Of a DNA stretch of 32,000 nt, positions 9,221 to 16,671 are shown piece by piece; position 1 is the stretch's first letter, and each line of letters opens with the position of its first letter. The stretch spans positions 2,370,001 through 2,402,000 of the forward strand of contig NC_008789.1 of assembly GCF_000015585.1 (NCBI RefSeq), given 5' to 3'. Position numbers and translations under genes: made by a program. The notes under the pieces were generated by a model. The model saw only the letters and a list, made by a program, of their open reading frames with translations, was not told the origin of the DNA and made no database searches. This DNA comes from Halorhodospira halophila SL1. Lineage in GTDB: Bacteria > Pseudomonadota > Gammaproteobacteria > Nitrococcales > Halorhodospiraceae.

Positions 9221-9830
9221 CGGGGGTACCCTCCTGCCCGGCCGAGCGGACCACCTCGGCGATGCGGCTCTGATCATCGGCGATGGCGAGATCCTCGTCG
9301 CTGAGCAGCTCATCGACGTCGAGGACGATCACCATCTTGTTCTCGTCCACCGTGGCCAGGCCACGGATGAAGTTGGTGCGTAGCGCGGCACCGAACTCCG
9401 GTGCCGGGCGGATCTGCTCGGACTGGAAGGTGTAAACCTCCGACAGCGCGTCCACCACCAGGCCCATGATCCGCTCCCGGCCGCCGCGGGCGACCACCCG
9501 GACCATGACCACCACGGTGAACTTGCTGTATTCCTGCGCCTGCATCCCGAAACGTTCCCGCAGATCGATGACCGGGACGATGGTGCCGCGCAGGTTGATG
9601 ACACCCTTGACGTAGTGGGGCGTGTTGGGAATGGGCGTAACCCGCTGCCAACCCTTGATCTCCTGCACACGCAGGATATCGACCCCGTACTCCTCCTCGC
9701 CGAGAGTAAAGGTCAGGTACTGATCGCCATCGGCTGCAGCCTGCATGGCGTCAACAGTGTCTGCACCACTGCCCAGTGCGGCTGCCTTGCGGTCGTCTCC
9801 GAGGGTGCCGTGCTCGCTGTCCTGGGTCAT
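9213..9830 (-). CDS. cheW: Chemotaxis coupling protein CheW
   Basis: 205 aa. [59 protein letters not shown] is the canonical CheW core. Confidence 0.93.
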   Translation of the reverse strand: MTQDSEHGTLGDDRKAAALGSGADTVDAMQAAADGDQYLTFTLGEEEYGVDILRVQEIKGWQRVTPIPNTPHYVKGVINLRGTIVPVIDLRERFGMQAQEYSKFTVVVMVRVVARGGRERIMGLVVDALSEVYTFQSEQIRPAPEFGAALRTNFIRGLATVDENKMVIVLDVDELLSDEDLAIADDQSRIAEVVRSAGQEGTPDE

Positions 9831-9875
9831 GACTGCTCTCCGCTTCGCAACTGGGGGATCCCGGGGATGGATGCT

Positions 9876-11987
9876 TCAGGCGGCCTCATCGCTGTCCTCC
9901 GGGGTGGGGATGTAGGGCTGACGACGGCCACCGCGGCTCATCTCGATGAGCCCGGCGATATCGAGGATCAGGGCCACGGTGCCGTCGCCGAGGATGGTGG
10001 CGCCAGCGATGCCGGGCACCTGCAGGTAGTTGGCCTCCAGGCTCTTGATGACCACCTGCTGCTGATCAAGGAGGTCGTCGACAAAGACTCCCAGGTAGGT
10101 GTCTTCGTCCTCGACGATCACCATCAGCCCACCGGCGAGCTCGCGGCGAACCGGTTCGGTGTCGAAGAGCTCGTGGAGGCGCACGATGGGGACGTACCCC
10201 TCGCGCCAGTGGTAGACCTCGCCCCGGCCGGTAACCCGGCTGAGCTTGCTGCCGTCGACTTGGAGCGACTCGATGACCGAAACCAGCGGCACGATGTAGG
10301 TCTGGTCGCCTACCCGGAACAGCTGGCCGTCCAGGATCGAGAGGGTCAGCGGCAGCGAGATGGTGATGGTCGTGCCCTGCCCTTGAGCTGAGCGCACATG
10401 GATATTGCCGGACAGGGAGCGGACGTTGCGCTTGACCACATCCATCCCCACACCCCGGCCGGAGTATTCGGTGGCCTGCTCATGAGTGGAGAGCCCGGGA
10501 TGGAAGATCAGGTCGAAGACCTGGTCATCGGGCAGTTCGGTGCCGTCCTCGAGCAGCCCGGAGCTGCGCGCCTTGGCCAGCAGCTTGTCGCGATTGATGC
10601 CGCGACCATCATCGGCGATCTCGATGATGATATTGCCGCCCTTGTGGTAGGCCTCGATGGTGATGGTGCCGGTCTCGGGCTTGCCGGCAGCGGCCCGCTC
10701 CTCCGGCGGCTCGATGCCGTGGTCGACGCTGTTGCGGACCAGATGGACCAGCGGATCGATGATCTTCTCCATCACCGTCTTGTCCAGCTCGGTCTGCTCG
10801 CCCTCCATCTGGAAGTCGACGGCCTTGCCCAGGGCGCGGCTGGTGTCGTGGACGATGCGCGGCAGCCGCGAGTAGGCGAAGCTGATTGGCACCATGCGGA
10901 TGCGCATGACGTTCTCTTGCAGTTCGCGCGTGTTGCGCTCGAGCTGCGCCAGGCCGTCCTGGAGTTCTTCCAGGCGCTCGGCGGTGAACTCCTTGCCGAC
11001 CTGGCTGAGCATCGACTGGGTGATCACCAGCTCACCGACCATATCGATGAGGGCGTCGATCTTCTCGGTATCCACCCGGATGGAGCTATTCCCTCCCCCA
11101 CGGCGTGCGGCCGGCTTGCGCGCTTCGCCACCGCCGGCTGCGGGCGCCGCAGGGCCACTCTCCTCAGAGGTCGGCATCGGGGGCTGCCCGGGTGCTACCG
11201 GAGCTACCTCCTCGGTACCTGCGGCCTCCAGGGGCTGGATCTCGAGCCGGGCATCGTCCTCGACCCACTCGAAGACCTCGCGCACCGCCGCCTCGGGCAC
11301 GTCGGCGTAGAGGCGCAGGGTCCAAGCCAGCTGACAGGTTTCCGGATCGAGCTGCTCGAAGGGCGGCAAACCCGAGGTGTCGCATTCGACCTCAAGCTCG
11401 CCGAGATCCTGGAGGGCCAAGAAGAGCCGACGCGGGTCGTTGCCCGTGGCGAACAGGTGGGGCTGCGGCTCGAAGCGAATCAACCAGCCGCCGCCGCCGC
11501 CTCCCCCGCGGGGCGGCGGCGCATCGTCACCGCCGGCATCACCGCCGCCGGCTGTCGGTCCGGCCGCGGCGCCGGTCGCCCCCCCACCGCCCACGGGTGC
11601 CTGCCCGAGCTGCTCGTCGAGCCGCTGCTGGGCAGTGCTGATCGCGTCGGCGTCCAGGGTTTGGTCACTCTGGATCGCCACCAGCATGCCTCGCAGGCAA
11701 TCGACGGCATTCAGCAACACATTGACGCAGTCGGGCGTAACCGCCTGTTTGCCGTCACGCAGTCGATCGAGCAGGGTCTCCATGCGGTGGGTGAAGTCCG
11801 AGACCGCGCTGAGACCGAAGGTTCCGGCGCCCCCCTTGATGGAGTGGGCCGCGCGGAAGACGTTGTTGAGGGCCTCGGGATCCGGGCTCTCTGGATCGAG
11901 TTCCAGCAGGCCCGACTCCATGGTATCCAGCCCCTCGAAGCTCTCCTCGAAGAAGGTCTGCAGGAACTGGCTCAGGTCTACGCTCAT
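9876..11987 (-). CDS. cheA: Chemotaxis histidine kinase CheA (P1-P5, no fused receiver)
   Basis: 703 aa. P1 is FRAAHSIKGGAGTFG. A Gly-rich linker leads to a P2-like segment (WLIRFEPQ...DVPEAAVREVFEWVEDDARLEI). P3 is IRVDTEKIDALIDMVGELV. The kinase carries N/G boxes (HLVRNSVDHGIE...DDGRGI...GRGVGMDVV). P5 is the CheW-like domain. Confidence 0.95.
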   Translation of the reverse strand: MSVDLSQFLQTFFEESFEGLDTMESGLLELDPESPDPEALNNVFRAAHSIKGGAGTFGLSAVSDFTHRMETLLDRLRDGKQAVTPDCVNVLLNAVDCLRGMLVAIQSDQTLDADAISTAQQRLDEQLGQAPVGGGGATGAAAGPTAGGGDAGGDDAPPPRGGGGGGGWLIRFEPQPHLFATGNDPRRLFLALQDLGELEVECDTSGLPPFEQLDPETCQLAWTLRLYADVPEAAVREVFEWVEDDARLEIQPLEAAGTEEVAPVAPGQPPMPTSEESGPAAPAAGGGEARKPAARRGGGNSSIRVDTEKIDALIDMVGELVITQSMLSQVGKEFTAERLEELQDGLAQLERNTRELQENVMRIRMVPISFAYSRLPRIVHDTSRALGKAVDFQMEGEQTELDKTVMEKIIDPLVHLVRNSVDHGIEPPEERAAAGKPETGTITIEAYHKGGNIIIEIADDGRGINRDKLLAKARSSGLLEDGTELPDDQVFDLIFHPGLSTHEQATEYSGRGVGMDVVKRNVRSLSGNIHVRSAQGQGTTITISLPLTLSILDGQLFRVGDQTYIVPLVSVIESLQVDGSKLSRVTGRGEVYHWREGYVPIVRLHELFDTEPVRRELAGGLMVIVEDEDTYLGVFVDDLLDQQQVVIKSLEANYLQVPGIAGATILGDGTVALILDIAGLIEMSRGGRRQPYIPTPEDSDEAA

Positions 11988-12024
11988 CGCTCGCCCCCCC
12001 GTTGGGCGCTCAGGGCCCGGGCCG

Positions 12025-12387
12025 TCAGCGCACCACCTTCTTGATGGTGTTGACCAGCTGATCCGGGTCGAAGGGCTTGACCAACCACCCGGTCGCCCCG
12101 GCCGCCTTGCCCTCCTGCTTCTTCTCCGGCGCCGACTCGGTGGTCAGCAGCAGGATCGGCGTGAACTTGAAAGCGGGCAGTCCACGTAGCTCACGGACCA
12201 GGGTGATACCGTCCATCTTCGGCATGTTGACGTCCGTGATGACCAGGTCGAAGCCACCCGCCTTGGCCTTGGTCAATGCGTCCGTGCCATCCACCGCCTC
12301 GGTGACCTCGTAGCCCTGCTGCTTGAGGGTGTAGGTCACCATCTGCCGCATGGAGGCGGAATCATCGACCGCCAGGATCTTCGCCAT
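12025..12387 (-). CDS. cheY: Single-domain response regulator CheY
   Basis: 120 aa. MAKILAVDDSASMRQ...DLVITDVNMPKMDG...LLLTTES...WLVKPF shows the full D-D-D-T-K receiver pattern. Confidence 0.95.
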   Translation of the reverse strand: MAKILAVDDSASMRQMVTYTLKQQGYEVTEAVDGTDALTKAKAGGFDLVITDVNMPKMDGITLVRELRGLPAFKFTPILLLTTESAPEKKQEGKAAGATGWLVKPFDPDQLVNTIKKVVR

Positions 12388-12413
12388 CGTCTCGTTCCCT
12401 TCGTCTGTCTGGG

Positions 12414-12707
12414 TTAGCGGGCTGCGCCGCCGGACCCGAGTTCATCAGCCAGGCCAAGATCAGCGGCAGCCTCGGCGACCGGGGCCGGCGCCCCCCCGCC
12501 TTGCCACGACCAGCCGGAACGGCTCGTCGCCGCCCGCGCGAAGGCGGCCAGCAGCTGCACGCCGGCGGCGTCGACCCGTTGCAGCCGCGCACCGTCCAGC
12601 GTGACCGGCTGCCCGGAGGCCAGCGCGTCGCTAAGCGTCTCTTTGAGGGTTGTCGCTACGGTGATGTCGAGTTGCTCGCCCAACTCGATCGGCTGATCGG
12701 CCGCCAT
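12414..12707 (-). CDS. Small STAS-like protein heading the cheY-cheA operon; the phospho-serine position is Ala
   Basis: 97 aa from ATG 12705-12707. ...ELGEQLDITVATTLKETLSDALASGQPVTLDGARLQRVDAAGVQLLAAF... has STAS-like topology. VDAAGV sits where SpoIIAA-type proteins have DSSG. The stop is 26 nt before the cheY start. Confidence 0.7.
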   Translation of the reverse strand: MAADQPIELGEQLDITVATTLKETLSDALASGQPVTLDGARLQRVDAAGVQLLAAFARAATSRSGWSWQGGGAPAPVAEAAADLGLADELGSGGAAR

Positions 12708-12758
12708 GATTTCCCTACGCGCTTGCCGGTTGTCCTTGCAGATTGCCCGTCATTGTCG

Positions 12759-12786
12759 TTAACGGCAAGAGCCGGCATTCACTTGA
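12759..12786 (-). promoter_or_regulatory. Candidate sigma28 (FliA)-like promoter upstream of STAS-cheY-cheA
   Basis: The minus strand reads TCAA-N16-GCCGTTAA, against the consensus TAAA-N15-GCCGATAA. It lies about 50 nt upstream of ATG 12707. The spacer is one nt long, with one mismatch in each element. The -10 overlaps the near-palindrome TTGCCGTTAACGACAA. Confidence 0.25.
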
Positions 12787-12824
12787 ATGGCATGCCTCCC
12801 CGTTGTAGGGCCACGCGCGGGACA

Positions 12825-13178
12825 TCAGGACGTGCGCGCGCGCCGCGCCTTGATGGCAGCCTCGAGCCGCTCGGCGGCCTGTTCGAGGCCGGGCAGACAC
12901 GCCCGGGCCGTGGCCAGATCGCCGGTGCGCGCCGCATCGTCCAGGTTGCGCGCGCACTCGCGCGCCTCCACGGCCCGAACGCTGGCCAAGGCCCCCTTGA
13001 TCGGGTGAGAGACCTGGTGAGCGGCTTCGGGATCTCCACGGTCGAGGGCGTCACGCAGGGTGGCCAGGCGCACCGGGAGGTCTTGCTGGATTCGCTCCAG
13101 CAGCATGTCCGCCAGCTGCTCGTCGCGGCCGATGTTGTCGAGCAGCTCTTCCAGGTCGATCACGGGGCGATCGGACAT
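12825..13178 (-). CDS. Stand-alone histidine phosphotransfer (Hpt) protein
   Basis: 117 aa from ATG 13176-13178 with the SD GAAGGAGCC. The track ORF is 5'-extended to 13310. ...DPEAAHQVSHPIKGALASVRA... carries the HxxKG Hpt motif within a predicted helical bundle. Confidence 0.85.
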   Translation of the reverse strand: MSDRPVIDLEELLDNIGRDEQLADMLLERIQQDLPVRLATLRDALDRGDPEAAHQVSHPIKGALASVRAVEARECARNLDDAARTGDLATARACLPGLEQAAERLEAAIKARRARTS

Positions 13179-13209
13179 CGCGCCGGCTCCTTCGCTAACG
13201 GGGTGGGGG

Positions 13210-13773
13210 TCACGCAGTGGGTTGCCAACCTTCGCGCAGGCACGGCAACAAGCGCCGGAACGTTTCGGTCCCGGCGCGCTGGAGCCACTCGAAGGCGACC
13301 ATCTCGGCACCCACGATCACCACGCCGGCCTGGCGCATGCGGGCCAGGGCCAAGTCGCGATCAGCGGCACGCCGCGAACCCACCGCCTCGGCCACAGCAA
13401 ACACCTGATGGCCCAACTGCTGCAGACCCAGAGCCGTCTGCAGGACACAGACGTGGGCCTCCGTGCCGGCGATGATCACCTGCTCGGGGAGGCGGACACC
13501 CGCACGGCTGGGGTCCTGGGCCCAGGAGAAGTGCATCTTGGTATGGCATTGCGATGCCGGCACCCAGCGGGCCACCGGGCCCGCGGTGGCCCCCAGTCGC
13601 TCCGGATACTGCTCCGTGGCGTGGATCGGCAGCTCGAGCTCATGCGCAACCCCCGCCAACCAGTCCGCCGCGGCGACCACCTGCTCGCCGCCGTCTATCG
13701 CCGGCAGCAACCGCTCCTGCAGGTCCACCAGTAGCAGGGCGCTGCGCGCCGGGTCGATCAGGGTGTCCGTCAT
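13210..13773 (-). CDS. Isochorismatase-family cysteine hydrolase
   Basis: 187 aa from ATG 13771-13773, which forms an ATGA overlap with the upstream Slp stop. ALLLVDLQERL ... CHTKMHFS ... IIAGTEAHVCVLQTAL is the D/K/C triad pattern of the family. The track ORF 13210..14112 is 5'-extended. Confidence 0.85.
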   Translation of the reverse strand: MTDTLIDPARSALLLVDLQERLLPAIDGGEQVVAAADWLAGVAHELELPIHATEQYPERLGATAGPVARWVPASQCHTKMHFSWAQDPSRAGVRLPEQVIIAGTEAHVCVLQTALGLQQLGHQVFAVAEAVGSRRAADRDLALARMRQAGVVIVGAEMVAFEWLQRAGTETFRRLLPCLREGWQPTA

Positions 13774-14303
13774 CGCGAGAACATCACTCCAACGCCGAAA
13801 CGCACCTGCGGCTGGCTCCTCGCCGCAGCCGCCTGCGGCCAGAGGTGGACGGCATCCGTGGCCACCACCGGGTAGGTCAGCTCCTGCTCGCCCACGCGCC
13901 CGGTGCGCAGAGCCTCCACCGGCCCGCGGACTGTGACCAGCCGGCCGGGCCGATGGTCGGCGCTCTCCAGAAACCCCGGGTAGTCGACCAAGAACCGCCC
14001 CTGCGGCGAAGCCCCGGTGCGGGGGCGCTGGCTGCGCTCCAGCGGATAGCTCACCACCTCCAGCCGCGTCGTATCTTCCAGATGCTCGACACCCACGATA
14101 CGCCCTGCCCACAGGACCTCGCTACCAACGGCGTCGTCGCCGGCGGCAGCGGCATCGCGGGCGGTCAGCTCGGTGGACAGGTCGTCATTCCGCTCGAAGG
14201 GCGCGCCGGCGGCACAGCCCAGCAGGACCACCGCAGCAGCCGGCAGCAACCAGCGGACCACGCGGGCCGAGCGCCCGCGGCGAGCGACTGCGGAGCGCCC
14301 CAT
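13770..14303 (-). CDS. Slp-family outer-membrane lipoprotein (paralog B)
   Basis: 177 aa from ATG 14301-14303, a TGATG overlap with the paralog A stop. It has a signal peptide plus the lipobox VVLLGCAAG. The Slp core is ...VLWAGRIVGVEHLEDTTRLEVVSYPLE...GRFLV...TYPVV...HLWP. Confidence 0.8.
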   Translation of the reverse strand: MGRSAVARRGRSARVVRWLLPAAAVVLLGCAAGAPFERNDDLSTELTARDAAAAGDDAVGSEVLWAGRIVGVEHLEDTTRLEVVSYPLERSQRPRTGASPQGRFLVDYPGFLESADHRPGRLVTVRGPVEALRTGRVGEQELTYPVVATDAVHLWPQAAAARSQPQVRFGVGVMFSR

Positions 14304-14872
14304 CACCAGTACGGCCGCCGGTAGGGCCCGTAGTAATAAGGGGACCCCGGATGCCGGTACCAGCGATGGTCGCACCAGGGGTCATACCACGGATCGTAGT
14401 AGGGACGCGGGGCCACCTGCCTGGGCTCGGCCCGCTCCTGCCAGAGATGGTGGGCTGCGACTTCGACCACCGGATAGGTGTAGCCGTACTCGCCGATCGC
14501 CCCTTTCACGGTGCCGTCCAGGGTCCCGGCCACGGTGAACTCCCGCCCCGGGGCGTAGAGCGTGGGCTCCAGGAACCCTTCGACCCGCGCCAGGAAGCGG
14601 CCCTCCGAACGGTCCGCATCACGGGGCTGGCCACCGCTGCGCAGCGGCCGCTCGACGATCTCCAGCCAGGTGGCGTCGGCCTCGTTGCGCACCTCGACGA
14701 TCTCCCCGCCCCAGCGCACCGATTCGCCGTCGTGGCCCCCGGGGTCGTCGCGCACCTGCGCCAGGGATGGGGTCTCGTCCGGGGGACTGCGTACCGGATC
14801 CGGCACCGTACTGGCGCACCCCGCCAGCAGCCACGCCATCACCACCAGGAACAGGACTCGGATGGACACCAC
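14303..14872 (-). CDS. Slp-family outer-membrane lipoprotein (paralog A) with an aromatic/Pro-rich C-terminal tail
   Basis: 189 aa. GTG start at 14870-14872 with the SD ACGGAGG. The lipobox is WLLAGCAS. The core is VRWGGEIVEVRNEADATWLEIVERPL...GRFLARVEGFLEP...YTYPVVEVAAHHLW. The tail is PRPYYDPWYDPWCDHRWYRHPGSPYYYGPYRRPYW. Confidence 0.8.
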   Translation of the reverse strand: MVSIRVLFLVVMAWLLAGCASTVPDPVRSPPDETPSLAQVRDDPGGHDGESVRWGGEIVEVRNEADATWLEIVERPLRSGGQPRDADRSEGRFLARVEGFLEPTLYAPGREFTVAGTLDGTVKGAIGEYGYTYPVVEVAAHHLWQERAEPRQVAPRPYYDPWYDPWCDHRWYRHPGSPYYYGPYRRPYW

Positions 14873-14920
14873 AGCGGCCTCCGTCGGCTCGGGCTCTCCC
14901 CCCCTCAGTATACAAAGCCG

Positions 14921-15841
14921 CTAGCCGGCGGCCACCGCCCGCCAGCGACGCACCCACCGCGGCAAGAGACCGTGACGGGGCGCCAGCAGCAGCGCCAGCA
15001 GAAACAGCGACGCGGACACCAGCACCATCGCCCCGCCCGAGGCGACATCGAAGTAGTAGGCCAGGTAGAGCCCCACTACCGCCGCCGTGACACCGCACAG
15101 CCCGGCCAGCGGGATCATCCGCGTCAGCCGGTCGGTGAGCAGGTAGGCGGTCGCTCCCGGCGTGATCAGCATAGCCACCACGAGGATGATGCCGACAGTC
15201 TCCAGGCTGGCGACAATGGTCAGCGTCAGGAGCAGGATCAGGCCGTAGTGGATCACCGCCGTGTTCATGCCCAGGGCCCGGGCGTGGATCTCGTCGAAGG
15301 TGTAGGCAAACAACGCCTTGAAGCCCAGCCCCACGGCAAGGAGCGCCACCACACCAGCGCCCAGGGTGAGCAGCAACGCTGAGCGGTCCACCCCCAGCAC
15401 ATTGCCGAAGAGGACGTGCATCAGGTGGGTGGAGGTGGCGACCTGGCTGATGATCACCACGCCCAGGGCGAACGCCGCCGTGAACATGATGCCGATGGCG
15501 GTATCCGACTTGAGCCGGGTGGTCCGCTCAATGAAGCCGATCCCCAGCGAGGTCAGTGCACCGGCCAGGAAGGCGCCGATGAAGAACGGCCACCCGATCA
15601 GGTAGGCGATGGCCACCCCGGGCAGGACCGCGTGCGAGATGGCATCGCCGAGCAGCGCCCAGCGCTTGAGGACGACGAAGCAGGAGAGCACCCCGCACAC
15701 CAGCCCCACAGCGATGGCGGTGAGCAGGGCTCGCTGCATGAACTGGTAGCTGAACGGCTCGGCCAACGGCTCCGGCAGCAGACCCACGAGGGCCATCAAC
15801 CCGGCCAGCAGGACGTCGATGACGGCGTCGGCCCAGCCCAT
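14921..15841 (-). CDS. Metal (Mn/Zn/Fe) ABC transporter permease, ABC-3 family (ZnuB/MntB/TroC-like)
   Basis: 306 aa, polytopic. ...FMQRALLTAIAVGLVCGVLSCFVVLKRWALLGDAISHAVLPGVAIAYL... is typical of ABC-3 permeases. The start overlaps the ATPase stop (TGATG). Confidence 0.9.
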   Translation of the reverse strand: MGWADAVIDVLLAGLMALVGLLPEPLAEPFSYQFMQRALLTAIAVGLVCGVLSCFVVLKRWALLGDAISHAVLPGVAIAYLIGWPFFIGAFLAGALTSLGIGFIERTTRLKSDTAIGIMFTAAFALGVVIISQVATSTHLMHVLFGNVLGVDRSALLLTLGAGVVALLAVGLGFKALFAYTFDEIHARALGMNTAVIHYGLILLLTLTIVASLETVGIILVVAMLITPGATAYLLTDRLTRMIPLAGLCGVTAAVVGLYLAYYFDVASGGAMVLVSASLFLLALLLAPRHGLLPRWVRRWRAVAAG

Positions 15842-16635
15842 CAGGACTCCTCCTGCAGACCGCGGGCGAAGGTGGGATCGGCGGCGCGCAGAAGCGAGCG
15901 CTCGTCGGCCATGACCTCCTCAGGCGGGCCCGAGGCGATCACCGAGCGGTTGAACAGGACCAGCCGGTCGGCGTGACGCCGAGCCCCGGCGATGTCGTGG
16001 GTCACCAGGACCACCGTCCGCCCGGCGGCGCGCAGGTCCCGCAGCACGCCAAAGATCAGCGCCTCGCTGGAGCGATCAACGCCCACCAGGGGCTCGTCGA
16101 GGAGGAGCAACTGCGCCTTTTGCGCCAGGGCGCGAGCGAGCAACACGCGCTTCTTCTGCCCTCCGGAGAGCTCGCTGATGTGGCGATCGGCCAGCTCCGC
16201 CATGTCGGTGGCCGACAGCGCCTCGGCCACCGCCTGATGATGCTCCGCTCCAAGCCACCGGCGCGGCAGCCAGCGCTGCACCCCGTTCCGGCGCAGGCTC
16301 GGGTAACGCGCGGAGAACACCACATCCCGGACCGAGGCGGGGAAGTCCCAGTCCAGGGTCTCGTGCTGCGGCATGTAGGCCACGTCACCGGCGCCACGCG
16401 CCTGCCCGGGCGAGCGCCCCCCGATGCGGATCTGACCGCGTCGCGGCCGGATCAGCCCCATGATCAGCTTGAGGAGGGTGGACTTGCCGGCGCCGTTGGG
16501 GCCCACCAAGGCCACCAATTCACCGGCGGGGATCCGCAGACGGGCATCGGCCACCGCATCCACACCGTGGTAGCCGGCGCACAGCCCCTCCGCTTCGATG
16601 GCCACCAAGCCGTCCCCCCTGCCCGCTGCCCCCAT
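15841..16635 (-). CDS. Metal ABC transporter ATP-binding protein (ZnuC/MntA-like)
   Basis: Walker A is GPNGAGKST, the signature is LSGGQKKR and Walker B is LLLLDEP. I use ATG 16633-16635; the track start at 16659 is a TTG. The start is uncertain. Confidence 0.88.
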   Translation of the reverse strand: MGAAGRGDGLVAIEAEGLCAGYHGVDAVADARLRIPAGELVALVGPNGAGKSTLLKLIMGLIRPRRGQIRIGGRSPGQARGAGDVAYMPQHETLDWDFPASVRDVVFSARYPSLRRNGVQRWLPRRWLGAEHHQAVAEALSATDMAELADRHISELSGGQKKRVLLARALAQKAQLLLLDEPLVGVDRSSEALIFGVLRDLRAAGRTVVLVTHDIAGARRHADRLVLFNRSVIASGPPEEVMADERSLLRAADPTFARGLQEES

Positions 16636-16671
16636 TGCACTGCCTGCGTGGTACGCCAATGCTGCCCCGCT

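Noticed and set aside
11470-11600. GCC/GGC trinucleotide runs encoding poly-Gly in the CheA P1-P2 linker, as a possible slipped-strand phase-variation tract
   Set aside because: The repeats are short, in-frame triplets within a flexible linker. Length changes would not switch the gene off. The same applies to the G/S tether of the PAS receptor.
12708-12824. Sigma54 (TGGCAC-N5-TTGC) promoter ahead of the che operon; also TGGCAC at about 23225 in the 23169-23352 divergent region
   Set aside because: The GG/GC spacing does not fit in the che leader. The TGGCAC near 23225 is followed by CTGCGAGGGG, so there is no TTGC at -12.
14306-14410. Tyr/Trp/Pro-rich C-terminal tail of Slp paralog A as a novel repeat domain
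   Set aside because: As I recall it, E. coli Slp also has an aromatic-rich C-terminus, so this looks family-typical. Only its absence from paralog B is noteworthy.
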